DNA from: the human T2T-CHM13v2.0 reference genome, Homo sapiens
Length of the DNA: 64,000 bases
Reading direction: 5' to 3' (one strand)
Assembly: GCF_009914755.1 (NCBI RefSeq)
Contig: NC_060938.1
A program made the translations under genes and the position numbers. The first letter of the stretch is position 1; each line of letters opens with the position of its first letter. The notes below the pieces were generated by a model. The model made no database searches and was not told the DNA's origin. It saw nothing but the letters and a program-made list of their open reading frames with translations. Positions 45,411 to 60,350 of the stretch are shown in pieces.

Positions 45411-45960
45411 GAGTCCTACCTGGAGAAAAAAAAAATAAGTTTAAAAACATGCCTTCACACACACATTATGATGTTAGTGTACAAATTAGTTTTGATTTGG
45501 AAATATCACATTGGTACCTGTAATAACTGGAGATACCCTGAGGTATCATGAAAGCAGAGGTGGGTATCATTTTTCTAGGGTTGAGACCTCATCACGCTCA
45601 GCTGTGATACACCTCAACAGGTGAGTGAAACAGAAGATGTACAAGGGGCCTGAAATGAAGTCTTTAATCTGACCTACACTCCTTTCATCCCAGTGTTTCT
45701 CCAAGGCATGTGTCATCCAGATGGGAGAGGATACTGCATCCTTGTTAACATTAAATAGAAATAGAAAACAATTCATGCTGGCAATTACCATCTCTCTCTG
45801 CCAACAGTTTACTTCCTGTCCCTACAACTTAACCACCTCCAGGTACCACCTTTTGACTTCCATCCAGCCTCCAACTCACCTGAACAGAAAAAAGCCTCAT
45901 TCAAAAGAGATGAGCCCGAAGGAAAAGAGAAAGGATTAAGGAGAAAAAAAAATCATGATT

Positions 45961-46256
45961 TACCTTTAAAATAATGACTCATTTTATTTTTTTCTTTTAA
46001 TACGTAGTTATAAATATATTTTGTCAAAATATATGATCAATATGGTCAAAACATTTGCACGTAAAGTCATAAATAAGGTCAAGGTGAATGTTTAGGGATT
46101 TTTTCCATTTTTTTTTTTTTTTTTTTAAATAAAAGTCCAGCTATAAGGAAGCAGTCTGTGTAGTGTGTGGGTGAGTGGATGGGAACGTGTGTGTGTGGTG
46201 TATGTGGTGTGTGTGTGTGGTGTGTATATCTGTCTATCCTCAAGGACTGCCTGATC
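45961..46256 (-). terminator. BMP4: BMP4 3'UTR with AATAAA poly(A) signal at 45983-45988
   Basis: tttatt on + strand ~270 nt past the stop; the UTR has a (CA)-rich tract and an A-run. Confidence 0.85.
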
Positions 46257-47123
<867 letters not shown>

Positions 47124-48018
47124 TTAGGAAGGAAGGGGAAAAGAAAAAGCATATGAACTTTTTTCAAAGATGGAAGAGTCAAGAGATAGCTCAGGGTTGG
47201 GCAATGAATGGTGAATTCTGCTTATGCAGGGGAAACCTACTGGGGGAAAATAAGCATACCCCTTAATTTGAAGGAGCAGATAAGTGGGGCAGCTAACAAA
47301 CCAGCAAAATGTAGCTAGCATTTCTCAAGCACCAAAGACAGAAACTATATCCAGCCTCCTTGATATGTCTAATAATTTCTATGTGTCAACTCCTCTATGG
47401 CACCACAATCAGACTCCTCTTTTAAACCCCCCACCTTGGCTTTGTGTCCACAGTTTTCTTTACAAGTGGTTGTAAAGAAAAAGAGGGGCCAACAGAGCAC
47501 AGGCAGGAGGAAACATGCAGACAACCACCCTCTCCCTCTTCCACTATTGAGTATGTTACTAAACATTTCCCCAGCGATCTTGGAAACACAGAGCATGCCT
47601 TGTTGATCATGTTACAGAGGGGAAAATAAATTCCAACACAGTAATGATGCTGGTGGATTAATAACTCAGATTTACTTTGGAAAAGAAACATCCGCTAGGA
47701 AACATTCAGATCGGATTACAAGGCCCCTATTGAATAAACCCGACAAACACACAGCTGTAATATTAAATTCAGTAGGTGCTTTGAAAAAAACGGGCAGAAA
47801 ACCTAGCAGAAAAGGCTTTGATATAGCAAAAACACACCGCTGGGGCTAGCCCACGTCTGAGTGCTGTCATTCCCCTTCCCCTGAACACCTCCCCCTCTGT
47901 CTCCAAAAAATAAGTTCGGCGGCAGCTCTGCAAATTCTTGGAGGTAAGCAGCTCTGTTCCTCAGCCTCCTGGACTGGGGCTTTGATGTAACCCGAACTCT
48001 TCTTCCCCAGGGCTTTCA

Positions 48019-48480
<462 letters not shown>

Positions 48481-49500
48481 TTAAAGAATAAACAAACACC
48501 AATAAATAGGGAGAAATAGAGATGTGTCTGCATATGCATTTAGGGCTAGAAATGGAGGGGCAAGATGGAAAGCAGGTCAGAAAGATCAAGTTTGTGTCTT
48601 CTCCCTCACACCACCCGCCCACCCACCAGCTGCAGCCATGCACGGCCTGAAAGTAAGAATTGCCCTGTAATTACTTGGTCTAACTTGTTTACAGTCAAAT
48701 AACCCCAAATCAGATAGCCTCCATCCTGTTAATCTTTTTTTGTCCTAACTGCTATCTGGGCCATGATCTCAGCGTGGCTTCTTGAAGGATAAACAGTTAA
48801 CATTGAGGGGGTGAAAAGGGGTGGGGGAGGGAGAATTAAAATGGCATTGCTCTCCACTTTAGACCTTCAGCTTCTCTCCCTTTTCCTCCACCCTCAGAGC
48901 CCAACTTTCACAACTTCCAGTTGGTTCAGAGCCAGAGGGAGGGAAAGTGAGAGGCAGGGGCTGGGCGAAGACAGAGGGCGACAGGGTCCAGAAGCCGAGA
49001 AGGTGGTCTGGGAGCTAACCGGGTGGCTTGAGGGCTTATTTTATTGTGGCCGATGAGTTTGAAATATTCAGCCAAAAGTGCCTGATCGTGCCCGCTCATC
49101 CCCAGGGAAGGGGTGAGAGACGATTCCGGAGAGACCTCTGTGAGTTTTGACAAGAGAGTGGGAACGCGCCACGGAGACACTGGGGGCTCTCCCAGACAAG
49201 TTGGATAGGGGAAGGGAGTGGTTAGCCCTCAAGGTACAACCCCGGGCTTTCATCTCTTTAGCTCCCTCGCGCTCCCCTTTCTTGCAACGCTGAGAGGGCG
49301 AGTGCGCGCTAGCAGCACTTTAAAAGGAACCCGTACGCTTCCAGCGCCCCGGCTGCCGGGCCAAGAAGGGAGCGACAGTGCTGCCAGGGAGCAGAGTGTG
49401 GATATTGTAAAGGAGGTCCGACGGAAGGGACAGCCGGCGAGCAGGGGTGGTGAGGGCAGAGTGAATTCCGGAGAGGGGGAAGGAAGAGGTGTCTACTCAC

Positions 49501-49625
49501 TGACAGAAAACAAGGCATATAATAACAGTCCATGATTCTTGACAGCCAATCTTGAACAAACTTGCTGGAAAGGCTCAGGGAAGCTGCAGCAGTGCGTTGC
49601 TCGGGATGGCACTACGGAATGGCTC
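49501..49625 (-). other. BMP4: BMP4 non-coding exon 2 (125 nt)
   Basis: Acceptor ttccttttag|GAGCC and donor TGTCA|gtgagt; matches the BMP4 5'UTR as I recall it. Confidence 0.92.
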
Positions 49626-50647
49626 CTAAAAGGAATATTTGAATATAATGAGACTCCACCGCAGACAGGCTCTGTTTTTCTTCCAGCCCCTCGGAGTCAC
49701 GTGAGCGCCGAGGCCCCTCCCGCGGCAGGCGGCGAAAGGGCCTGCGCGCCCTCCCCTCCTCCACAGCCCCCCGCCCCTCGCGGGCCCGCCCCTCCAGGCG
49801 AGGCCAACCTCCGCGCCCGCCGCCCGAGCCTCAGCGGTCCGGGAGGAGCTCCCGGCGGCGCTCGGCAGAGCCCTCGGCCGGTGCCCCGCGGCCGCCGCGC
49901 TCCCAGGGCTACTGGCGCAGCGCACGGAGAACCCGGTTCTCGGCGCGGTGCGTCGTGCTGGGCCCCCGCGCCGGGCCACCTGAAGCCAGAGGATTTGGGG
50001 CGCACTGAAGGGACTGCGTCTCCCAGCTCGAACCCGGCTTAAGTGGGGCCGGGAGCGAGGTCGGGAAAGTCTCACCCGCCCAAAGCCTCACCACCGAGAG
50101 GCACTTAAAAAGGAAAGCGCAGAGGGACCCTGCCCACGCGCGTGTACACACACACCCCCCCCCACACACACACAAGCAAACACGAGCTCCCCGCCACTTC
50201 CTCCCCAGGGTCTCCTCAAGGCCAAATATTGCTCCCAATGACAGCCAGTCACCCCTTGGCGAACGCCTGCTAAGGCTCCGAAGAGCCGGGCCACCGATCT
50301 AGCTCCCGGCTGAAAGCAGCCGACCTTGTCACGCGCGGGGCCGGGAATGGGAGGGAGGGTGTTAGAGGGTGATCGCTGTGGGAAAGTGAGAGGGAGCGGC
50401 TGTTAGTCATTGCTCCGGGTCCATTACCGAGAATCCCCAAACCTAGTCCGCCGCTGCGTGGCCCCTCTCCCCATGCAAAGCAGACCCCCGAAGAAGCCAT
50501 GCCAGGCTGAGGGACAGACGCCGGGGCTCGAAGCTCCGGGCAGATTCAGAAAGAGGCGTCTCTGCAGAAAGGACGCATCACAGTTTTCAGATCTTAATGT
50601 GGCCGAGGTTTTACAACTCCCGACCCGGCGCAGAAAGGAAATCCCAC

Positions 50648-50725
50648 CATGTTCCCCGGAGTCGAGAAAACGGTGAACAGCTTTCGGCCTGCGCTCGACC
50701 TCTGCGTCTGCGTCTCTCTCGCCTC
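50648..50725 (-). other. BMP4: BMP4 proximal alternative first exon (1B); start approximate
   Basis: Donor AACATG|gtggga; AT-rich TATA-like TTTAAAAAATAA just upstream (~50734-50745); matches a recalled variant 5' end. Confidence 0.75.
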
Positions 50726-52776
50726 GGCTTCCCTTATTTTTTAAACCACCACCACACTCCTTCCCCCGCCACTTCCTTCCCCCACCCCCTTCCTCCGTTG
50801 CACCAGCAGCAGAGTCGCACGCAGCAAATACTCCTTCAAGAATTTTACCTACCTACAGTTCAAGCAGTTACTGGGATGTCCTGACTAATCGAAGATGCTG
50901 CCGCGCGCGTGGGTCGCTCTGCGCAAGGGCCTCTTCGAAAACCCGACTAGGCGCAACTCAGCGTTCAGCAGGGCCGGGAGCGCCAGGTCGTCCCCGGGGC
51001 CCGGGCCCCATGACTCCTGCCCCAAAGCCCACTCCACCCGACCTCCCTTTCCTGAGGCTGTTCCCAGTTGCTGCTTTGGGTCGCTCCGGAGCTCAAGAAC
51101 TCGGGTTGCCTGCCGCCCCACTCTCCACGCACATACTTGGTTTTCTTCTTAGGGGCATTGGCAGGTAGACTTTGAGGAAGAAAAGTAAAGGATCGAACAG
51201 CTCAGCCCTCCCTCCCGACCGTGGATGCCCGGAGTCGACCAACACCTCAGGTCCGGGTGCGGAGGCCGCGGGCGCCCCTGCGCGACCGTCCGCGCCCGGC
51301 AAGAGCCGCGCGGCTTTCGCCTTTGCTGGTCCCGCGCCACCGCTGGGGCGGGCTGCGAAAGGGTTGGGAAGAGCAAAGGGTTTTTTTGTTTTGTTTTGAG
51401 ACGCAGAAGCCCTTTAAAAAGCCCGGCGAGGAGAGGTCCAGAAGTAGAGAAAGCAGACGGAGGCAAGCTGTGCCCGCGGGGCAAAGGGACAGTAGAAGGG
51501 GCGGGCGCCCGGGTTCCCCGGAAAACCCTCGGCCCCAAGGAATCTCCTGGGGCGGGAGAGCGCGGTTCTAAAACCGAGAGGATAGGAAGGGGAAGGGGGA
51601 GTTGTGTTTCAATTTCGGATTCACCAGGATTCATCTCTAGTCACATTTTTCTTCTCAAATTTTTAAATCGAAAAGATAAAAGCCAAAAGAACTTTCATCC
51701 CCAGAGCTTTTTATTGGGGGAAAGGAATGTAACTCGGGGTGGTTGTCCTTCACTTCCCTACTCGAATCTTCTCCTAATGCCGAAATGTGTTTACAGGTAG
51801 CCTCAGTTTACCAAGTATGTATCTTTTGGGGGTTTAACCTCTCACAAAGCCTTCAACTCACAAACCGCGATCCTTGGAAACCATCCTCCAAAGCAGTGCT
51901 TGGAGGCCTCTAAGGCCCCCGGACCAACTCCCGCTGGAAGAAGCCTGCAGGGACTCGGGAATCACGGGAACCTTTCCCGTCGGTTCCGGGCCTGGAGGGC
52001 CAGGAAGAGCCGCGCGTCCGCCTTTCGTCCCGCCAGGAACTCCCCATAGGACACGACACCGCAGGAACAAGCGTCCTGGGAGCCCCTGGGATCTTGGCTG
52101 TCGTCTCTAGGGACCCTACACCGTGAAATGATAGAGGCGAGGTTCCTTGGGTTCCGCAAGTCGACGAAAATAGCTCGTGGAGAAGGCGCGTCCTGCAACT
52201 GCAGTTCGCAAGCTCTCAGGGCGCCCCGCCAGCTGGGGGCCAGATTGGGTGACACTCCCCTCGACGCAGCCTCCGTAGCGGCGCGCACTCTCCAGAGGCC
52301 AGCAGGACTGCGCTCTCTACCGCAGAACCTGCTCCAGCTAGGTGTTCTCTCCCCATCTCGCCGTCGCTCTGCCCCCTCACTCTCTCTGGACCTCAGAGCC
52401 GGTTCTCTCCTTCCTCCTCCCGCGCTTTCCGTCCGGGGATCGCAACCTCCAGCCCGTGGGCAACGCGTTCAGCCCAAGACCCCACAGTTTTTCCCAACGA
52501 CCCCCCTACCAAGGGCTTCTCTTGTTTCTGCTCTCCTGCCCCGCACTTCCCAAAGGTGAGAATCTCCCAGGGACTGCTGGACAGAGAAGGCCTGGGCAGG
52601 GGCAGTAGCCGATATTTAAAGGTCTTTCAGCGCCAGCATCCCCACCTCCAGCACCACTATTGGAAAATAATTAGGCCACCTTTTGCCTCGGTCACAGCCT
52701 GTGACCAGCTTCTTCCCCCCAAGGAGGCTCCTAGACCCCCTCTGCCTGTCTCCCCTCACCAGGTAGCCTTGCTCAC

Positions 52777-53100
52777 CATAGGTCCCTGCAGTAGCGGGCT
52801 CGCCAGCAGCAGCTCCTGGGGACCTCTGAACGGTTGCAGTGAACCTGGGCGAGGGCCGGGGACTGTGGCGCTGCAGGCTCGAGATAGCTTGGACGGGAAT
52901 CCCATCGGGGAGACAAGCTAGATACTCAGCCGGAGCAGCAGCGGCGTCTCAGGCTCGCGTCCCTCAGCTCGGATGCCACACTCACCTAGCTTCCGGGCCG
53001 GGCTCCGCGCTCCTTCCCTCCCTCCCTCCTCCTCTGCCTTCTCGCATCTTCCTTCCTCCTCTTTCCCTCCCTCGCTTTCTTTCTTTCCTTCCTCCTCCTC
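52777..53100 (-). other. BMP4: BMP4 distal first exon (1A) with two alternative donors (exon ends at 52986 or 52777); TSS approximate
   Basis: Donors GCTAG|gtgagt and CTATG|gtgagc; purine-rich leader inside the CpG island; matches recalled mRNA 5' ends. Confidence 0.85.
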
Positions 53101-56100
53101 TTCCCCGGCGGCCCCTCCCTCCTTCCCTCCTCCCTCGCTCGCCTCCCTTTCTGGGGATGGGAGCCCCGCCCACATCCTCCCCTCCAGCCGCCCGACCTCG
53201 CCTAGCAGGCCCGGGTCCCGGAAGCCCAGGCAGCGCCCGAGTCCGCAGCTGCCGTCGGAGCTGGGACGCCGCTGCCTCCAGCTCTGGGAAGCGGCTGGGG
53301 CTCACCTGGGGACCACGTGCGGAGGTACTAGAAAGCATGCACCGACTAGTCGCCGTACCTTCCAAAAATACCCATGGGAGTCTGGGCTTCCCTGAGTTTA
53401 GTGTAACTGCTGCCCAAACTGATGATTAAAACACTGAGTAATCACCATTTACCCTGAGTAATTAGAGATAATGAAACACCTCTAAAATCAGGTTATGGAG
53501 AAAGGAGCTGTTGGATCGGTTTAAAAGGTGGCCTTCCATAAACTGTTAAAAGATTTCCAAACGTTGAGAAACAGGCTGTGTGCAGAACTGTGTGCCAGAG
53601 AGAGATACCTCTTGGGCTGTTAAAAGGTGAATTTCCTTCCAAAACATTCTTAAAGTGCGTTTTGTAGAACACCTTGGTGATGACCCTGAGGTAGACCCCA
53701 GTAAATGAGCTCACTTCCCTCCTCCCCCCAAGGCCTAAAGACAGAGGTGGCCTGCAGACAGGCTGGGGCCACGTTTTTTACAGTTAGAAAAATCTGTTTC
53801 TAGCTCAGAAGCCGTCTTAAGAACCGACACAGCAGTTATTTTTGTTGGTGTTATGGTTGTTGTTGATTTTTTTGTTCATTTTTGGTGTACCTAAGAGTCC
53901 TGACACTCTGTCTTTCCAAGGAGATAACCACAGAAGCAGTAACCTTTTAGGCCACAGGGAGACAAGAAAAGATGCCCCTTGGTCTGTTTTTAAAGGAAGA
54001 GGGGAGATGAGGAATTGGCCCTTTCATATAAAAACATTTTAGTAATCATATTAGCAGGGAGGTGGAATGTGGTGGCTTTTAAACCTTCCCAAACAGGAAC
54101 TAATTTCACACACTGCCTCTGATGGAGCTGTGAGGGAGCTATCAGCCTCATCTCTCTGTTTTACAAACAAGGAAAGGAAGGACTACCAGGTTAAAGGGAC
54201 TTGCCCAGATCTCTGAAGTAAATCACAGCCTCTGCTCCAGAGCTAATGCTTCAGGGAGGGGTTGAGGCTCATAGCCTGAGCTCCAGGTAGCCAGAGGAGT
54301 GCTGGAAGACTGAGCATTTCCTGTCCTGGATTTCTTTCCCTGGGACAGACATGACACTTTACTGTCTCTGCAAAGCATTTAGGTCTTTACTTAAACAGAT
54401 ATTGGCCCTGGGTGGCTCATCTATAAAAACTTTACGTTTATACACCTTCGATATTTAAAAAACAAGAACTACTTCCTGTGTGGAACACAGATTACAAAGG
54501 GTGGGAAATATCTGAGATCAGAGAAGCAACTGTCAGAGCAAGGCCAAGACATCCTGCCATCTTTTCCATCTATTAGGCCTAGGTCTTTTGGCCTAATGCA
54601 CCAAACAACAGAAACAAGCTGTATGGCTTTGGGCAAGTCTTTTCATTCCTATGAGTCTCAGTTTTCTCATCTGCAGAATGAAAGGATTGGGCCAGATCAT
54701 CTGCATGCTCCCTTTATATTTGAAAATGATTTGATTATTTAATTGTAATTTTAGCCAAAGTCCGTCTTCCTTCATTTTAAGTCACTCCTGAGTTCACTTT
54801 CTCTAAGAACCACTGATTAAAACAGGGCAGGGCAATAACACCACCCCAAAAGGAGGACAAAATATACCTGTAGCTTCCAAATAGTCAAAATCACAATTAA
54901 TTATTAAAAATAATAACAGAAAATTAAAACTCCATTAAATAGTTACCTAATGTTTCTCCTGCAGCATCAGGCATTGTGCTCCTTTAGCATGGTACCTGAA
55001 GTCAGGACAGATTAAATGCTCACTGAGCCCCTAAATCAATCACTGTTGTTTTAATCATTAACGAAATGTGGTTCTTAATATTTAAACTCAGAAACAACAG
55101 TGATATGCTGGACTTAAAGGCAGGACTTTATTTTACTTTAAAGCACCAATGTCATTTCGGGGTTTTTTTAATTCCAAAGGTTTTTGAATGACAGCTATTG
55201 TCTCATTTTGCTGCAGCCCAGACACTAAAGTGGCCACTGATTGGCCCATCCATGAGTCTGTGACACTCACAGTCCAGGAGTTTCCAATTAAGCTACCCGA
55301 CATACCATGTTTAGACCCCTGATATGAATCTTCAGATATATGACGAGAGAACTCAGCTTTAGTTCTCTTGGGACAGCTTTATTTCTCTCCCCACATTTTA
55401 GATGGGCGCAAGCCATCTGTTATCAGCTGCTTTTACCCACTCCTCCTTTTCCCCCCTTACTCATGCCAAAGAACAAATTACTTGTTGGTTAGAGAGCTAA
55501 ATCAACCACAGCCTAGTGATCAGAGTTCGTGAGAAGAATCAGTTTAGTTATTTTCTGTATCTCAAACTTACCTGTGAATTTTCATGTTTTTATAGAACAT
55601 GGTAGATAGACCAAATGAAACTGTACCCTTAAAGCACATTGATGAAGAGGGGAAACCCACCATAATTCAGGAGCAACTATTGCTCCTATGCTGCTACTAC
55701 TCAATGAAAGGCATTCCTTTGTTGGGTTTTTCCTGGAGAACATCAAGAAAGAGTAGCTGGTCAATAGCCTGTCTGCGAGCCCTTGGGACAGCCTTTTTCA
55801 AAGCATGTTCTCAGGACTATAAGCCTCAGAGTAGGGTGGGGGTGCAGATGAAATGCAGACTTCCTGGTCCTGCCCCAGATCTGGACCCAGAAATCTGTAT
55901 ATTTCACAAGGTTCTCTGGTCATTCTGAGCACACTAAAGCTTGAGAGCTACTGTTTTAAAAGTTATTTTGTTTCCATTTTCTATGCTGATAAGTACCATT
56001 AAAAGGCTGATACCAAGACATCATTAAACAGGCAAAGAATATGCTGGGCTTGAACTTTATAAACTGTTAAATATGGCAATTATAGTATCACTATGCCCTG

Positions 56101-57424
56101 AACACACCAAATAGGTCTATGCAAGTGAAAAGATAATCCTATAGATACAGTAGCCCTTAATTCCCCATCCCCAATTAAGAACCACATCAGGTCTTCAAAC
56201 CTTCTTGGCCAATTAGGTGTCTGGTGAAGCTACGGAAGGAATTCCCAGAATCACTGCTAAGTTTTGAGAAGCAGTAAGATAGATCAATTGGAATTGGAAT
56301 TCGAATTCGAATTGGAATTGGAAGTGGTCTCTGAAATTGGCTAGAAATTTAGTTTTCCTCTTATTAATATTTATCATATCTTATATATTTGCCCTATATA
56401 TCTCTAGCCCTTACAACAACCCTTATAAAATCCCTGTCCTACAGATGAGAATCTGAAGTTTAGAGACGTTATGTAAGTTGCTCAAGGTCACAAAGCTAGA
56501 AAGTGGTGGACCCCAAGTCCAAACCATGTCAGTCTGTCTCCTCTCCCTGGGCAAGTGAGGGGTATTGTGGATGGATCCCCGAGGCTTATCCTGGAAGCTT
56601 TCCCCAGGCCAAGGCACCAGCTGCTGCTCCATCCTGGCAGCATGCTATTACCAGGAATTTCAGGATATCTTCCCAAGTTCTTAGATAACAAAACAAAATC
56701 AAGACCTAGAAGTTTGTTTCTTCCTGACGTTACTATATAAGCCCGCCTTAGGGCAAGACTTTTATGTGACCTTTCCTGAGAAAAAGGTTATGATCTTGAG
56801 AAAGGAGCTCATTATCTCTGCTGGGTCCAAGTTTCCTCATTGTAAAATGTGGAGCTTGAACAGGGTCCTCACAGGTCTTTCTCAGGCTCTGGAATACAGA
56901 GACAATATATCCTGGTAGTTAAAATCACAGTCAAATTGCTTAATCTCCAATGTCCACTCATTATGCTTTGTCTATATAGATCTGACCCATGAACATAGCT
57001 GTGCCAAGATAACTACTCACTGTCAAAATCATACCTACTCTGAGCAATTAGTTTTTACTAATAGGCTGAGACTGAATGACATGTCCAAAAAGCATTCTCC
57101 GTCTGTTTTGCGGATTCCTAACACCTCTAACTTTTAAGAATTTTTTTTCCTGTCCCTCAAGCTAAAACATAAACTCATTTTCTTTATTCTGATCTAAAGA
57201 TGAACTTTTAACCCAATTGCACAAGTTGTTCCTTCTCTAAACATTTAATATTGTTGCCAACCTTTGATATGCCTCACTCAAAGTAAATAATACTGGATGC
57301 TGATATTTTCTCATGACAAAAAGAAAATCCAATGCTATTTCAGTTCCCTATGTTTTAAATTGCTGCCTTGATACTTTCTGGAATATGGTCCTTTCTATAA
57401 AAACCCTTCAATATTAACATCCAA

Positions 57425-57805
<381 letters not shown>

Positions 57806-59639
57806 TTATGTCATAACATGTTTAACGTGGATGGCAGACAGGGCATGGATATGAAAAGTCTTTTCTAAGGAATGATCAGGATGGGATTGGCATGCAATGA
57901 CAGATATTTGGGTTTTGACTATTCTCAGCTTCCTCTCCTAAAAAAATAGTCGACTGCACTCATTTAATTCTACAACAGGGATGCTCTTTGAAAATAAATT
58001 ATTTTAGAGGATATAAAAAAGATTAAACCTTGAAATTTCTTTGTTTTGTGCTCATACATCCTTCTCCTTCTCTTTTTCTGACCCCAGTGTGTGGGAACAG
58101 TGTAACCTGAACAAGAACGTAGTGTCTATAGGATGAGTGACACTTGGAAGCAGAGGCAGAGTGCTACATGGACACCTGACTGTACCAAATGGTTATTGTG
58201 TTTTCTCAATCAGACGCCAATTGCGGAATACCAGCTGATATTCTACCCTCAACTCATGCTAAAAGCTTTCTAGTCTTTCTCAAGGAAACCTGTCCAAAGG
58301 GATATGTGATCCCAGGAATTATTATTGTATAAGTAATACTTGGATGTTTTTACTAATAGTTCACACATTTCACAGCCCTTTGGTGGAGAGCCTTTTTCGT
58401 TAATGTTCTGTTCAAGAATAATTGCATAGTATTTATAATCCTCTCAGGGATTAAGTATAGATGTAATACACAACTCAAAGATGCTTGTTGATGTTCACTT
58501 TGTAAAAATTCATCAAGTTGTATACTTGATATTTGTGCACTTTCTGTGTTACATATTTTTTAATTAAATACTTATAGAAACTATGCTTTTGAAATGATTT
58601 TTTTAAAGTTATTTTCTTTGACCATTAGTTGAAGCCTACTAGCAACACACAATGTTTGGAGCCAAATGGTTAGGCAGGGCAAAACCAGGGGGAGCCTAAT
58701 CTTTGGTCCTCTGGTGGCCACAGCACCTGAGAAACTGAACTGTGGCTTCAGGAAATCCACTCTGGGGCCACAGAAGAAAGAACAGTTGTACCAACCAAGG
58801 CCTGGCCTCTGGGGACCAGTACAGCCCATAGCAGAAGGCAAGATGTCTGACACAATCCTGGCACGTTCCTTAAACTCATGGGAGGGCTGGTAACCACTGG
58901 ACCAGAACAGAAGCTCCTGGAGGCATCTGAGACTTGTGCTCAGCTCTTTCCTTCCTTGGCTTCTCTTGCTAAGAAGCTCAGACTGGCACTGCAAACCATC
59001 AATCTCTGGGGCGAAATGGCAAGGTCATCAGATATGCATTTCTTAGGATAGAAATGCAGGAAGGTAAAACTTCATCCAAAACAGATAACAGTTTAAGAGA
59101 AAGATATGGGCTCCACCCCCAAATTCTGGGAGCCCTGGGCTTAGGAGATGGGCTGGGGAAAGGATTGTGATAGAGAAAATGGGACTCCCAAGTGACTGTC
59201 TTGGTCCCTCACCACAGCTGAATCCCAGCCTTGATGCAGAGAGATGGAGCTAAGTGCATGTGGCCGGACTTTGGCCCTTTTCAGAATCTTGCAACCACAG
59301 GGCCAGGCTCAGAGATTGTGCAAACTCAGTTTCAAGGAGTCAGAGAAATCAAGACAGGTGTTGAGAGCCTGGGCTGCAAGTAAAGTATGAGGTGAAGGGT
59401 TGAAGGAGGGAGTCCTGCTCTTGAGGAGCAGCCCAGATGGACACTCCGCTCACCTCCTCCAGGCAGAAGAAGAACAAGGTGTGCACGCGGGGAAGTTCGG
59501 AGTCCCTCCTTGTCTTTCTAGACTGCAGCTGCGACAACATGCTGGGGACACGAGGCTCACCAGCCCCAGTACCTCCCCACCCCTCCTCGAGCCAGCTAAG
59601 CAGGACAACTTTCCAGCTCCTTATCCGCATTCCCTCCCT

Positions 59640-60350
59640 GATCAGGGGCAGACTGTACTTCCCCGATGTCCGCTAACTAACGTAAAGAAACGTCCGCGTG
59701 CTCCGCTGATACCCCAGGGCCACCGGAGGAGAGCAGTGGGGTGTGAGAACTAGGCTGTGTCCAGTGGCTGGTGGTGGGGGGAGCGGCTACTGCGCCTTCC
59801 CCTTGGGCACTCCTCTCGGGTCCCTGAGGCGACGCCCTAGTAAGCCTCCACGCACGTCAGCGAAGGGTGGGTGGAGGGTCACCCTGACCGCGCCCCACAG
59901 CTGGCTCCCGCGCTCTGCCCACCGCCACGCCACCTTCACCGCGCGATCTCGGCACTCCCGCCTTTCTCTTGCCCTCGTTATTTTTAGTTCGGCTGCTGCA
60001 CCTCCCTGCCTGCAACAGCTCGCCCCACTCTCAGACTCGTTTTGCAGGATTTGTGCCCCTGGTGGCTAACCTGATCCACACTTGAATAAACAGCGAGCGC
60101 CCGGGCAACCTGGGCGAGCCACCCGCGCGGAATTTGCATCCATCCGCACGAGAGGTTCCTGAGACGCTAAGCGTTCTCGCCTACCAGAACTTGGAAACAA
60201 TGGACCATCCCCAGAATGAATGAATGAAATTTTTAAAACGAAAGGGACAGGAGGTCTTAACGCCCTGGCAGCGGCAGAGCGGCTCCTGGGACAATTTTGT
60301 CCCTGCTCCCTGACGTTCTCTCCGTGAAGCCTAAGGGGACGCCGGGGCAA
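59640..60350. promoter_or_regulatory. CpG-rich island ~7 kb upstream of BMP4 exon 1A
   Basis: Dense CpGs in non-repeat sequence. Confidence 0.7.

Larger units (their letters stand above)
49670..53360. promoter_or_regulatory. BMP4 promoter CpG island(s) with GC boxes and a polypyrimidine/polypurine tract at 53010-53150
   Basis: Very high GC and CpG density spanning both first exons. Confidence 0.9.

Noticed and set aside
45000-45551. 183-aa ORF
   Set aside because: Non-ATG start; crosses an Alu monomer and A-runs
49539-53429. Many long ORFs on both strands in the promoter island
   Set aside because: Same GC-content artefact; only the splice-consistent uORFs were kept
54935-55580. Donor-like motifs on minus (TAG|gtaact ~54946; CAG|gtaagt ~55571) as extra BMP4 upstream exons
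   Set aside because: Motifs alone are insufficient without transcript data
56286-56327. (GAATTG/C)n hexamer run as a heat-shock element
   Set aside because: GAA/TTC units are spaced 6 bp apart without the nGAAnnTTCn register; treated as a simple repeat
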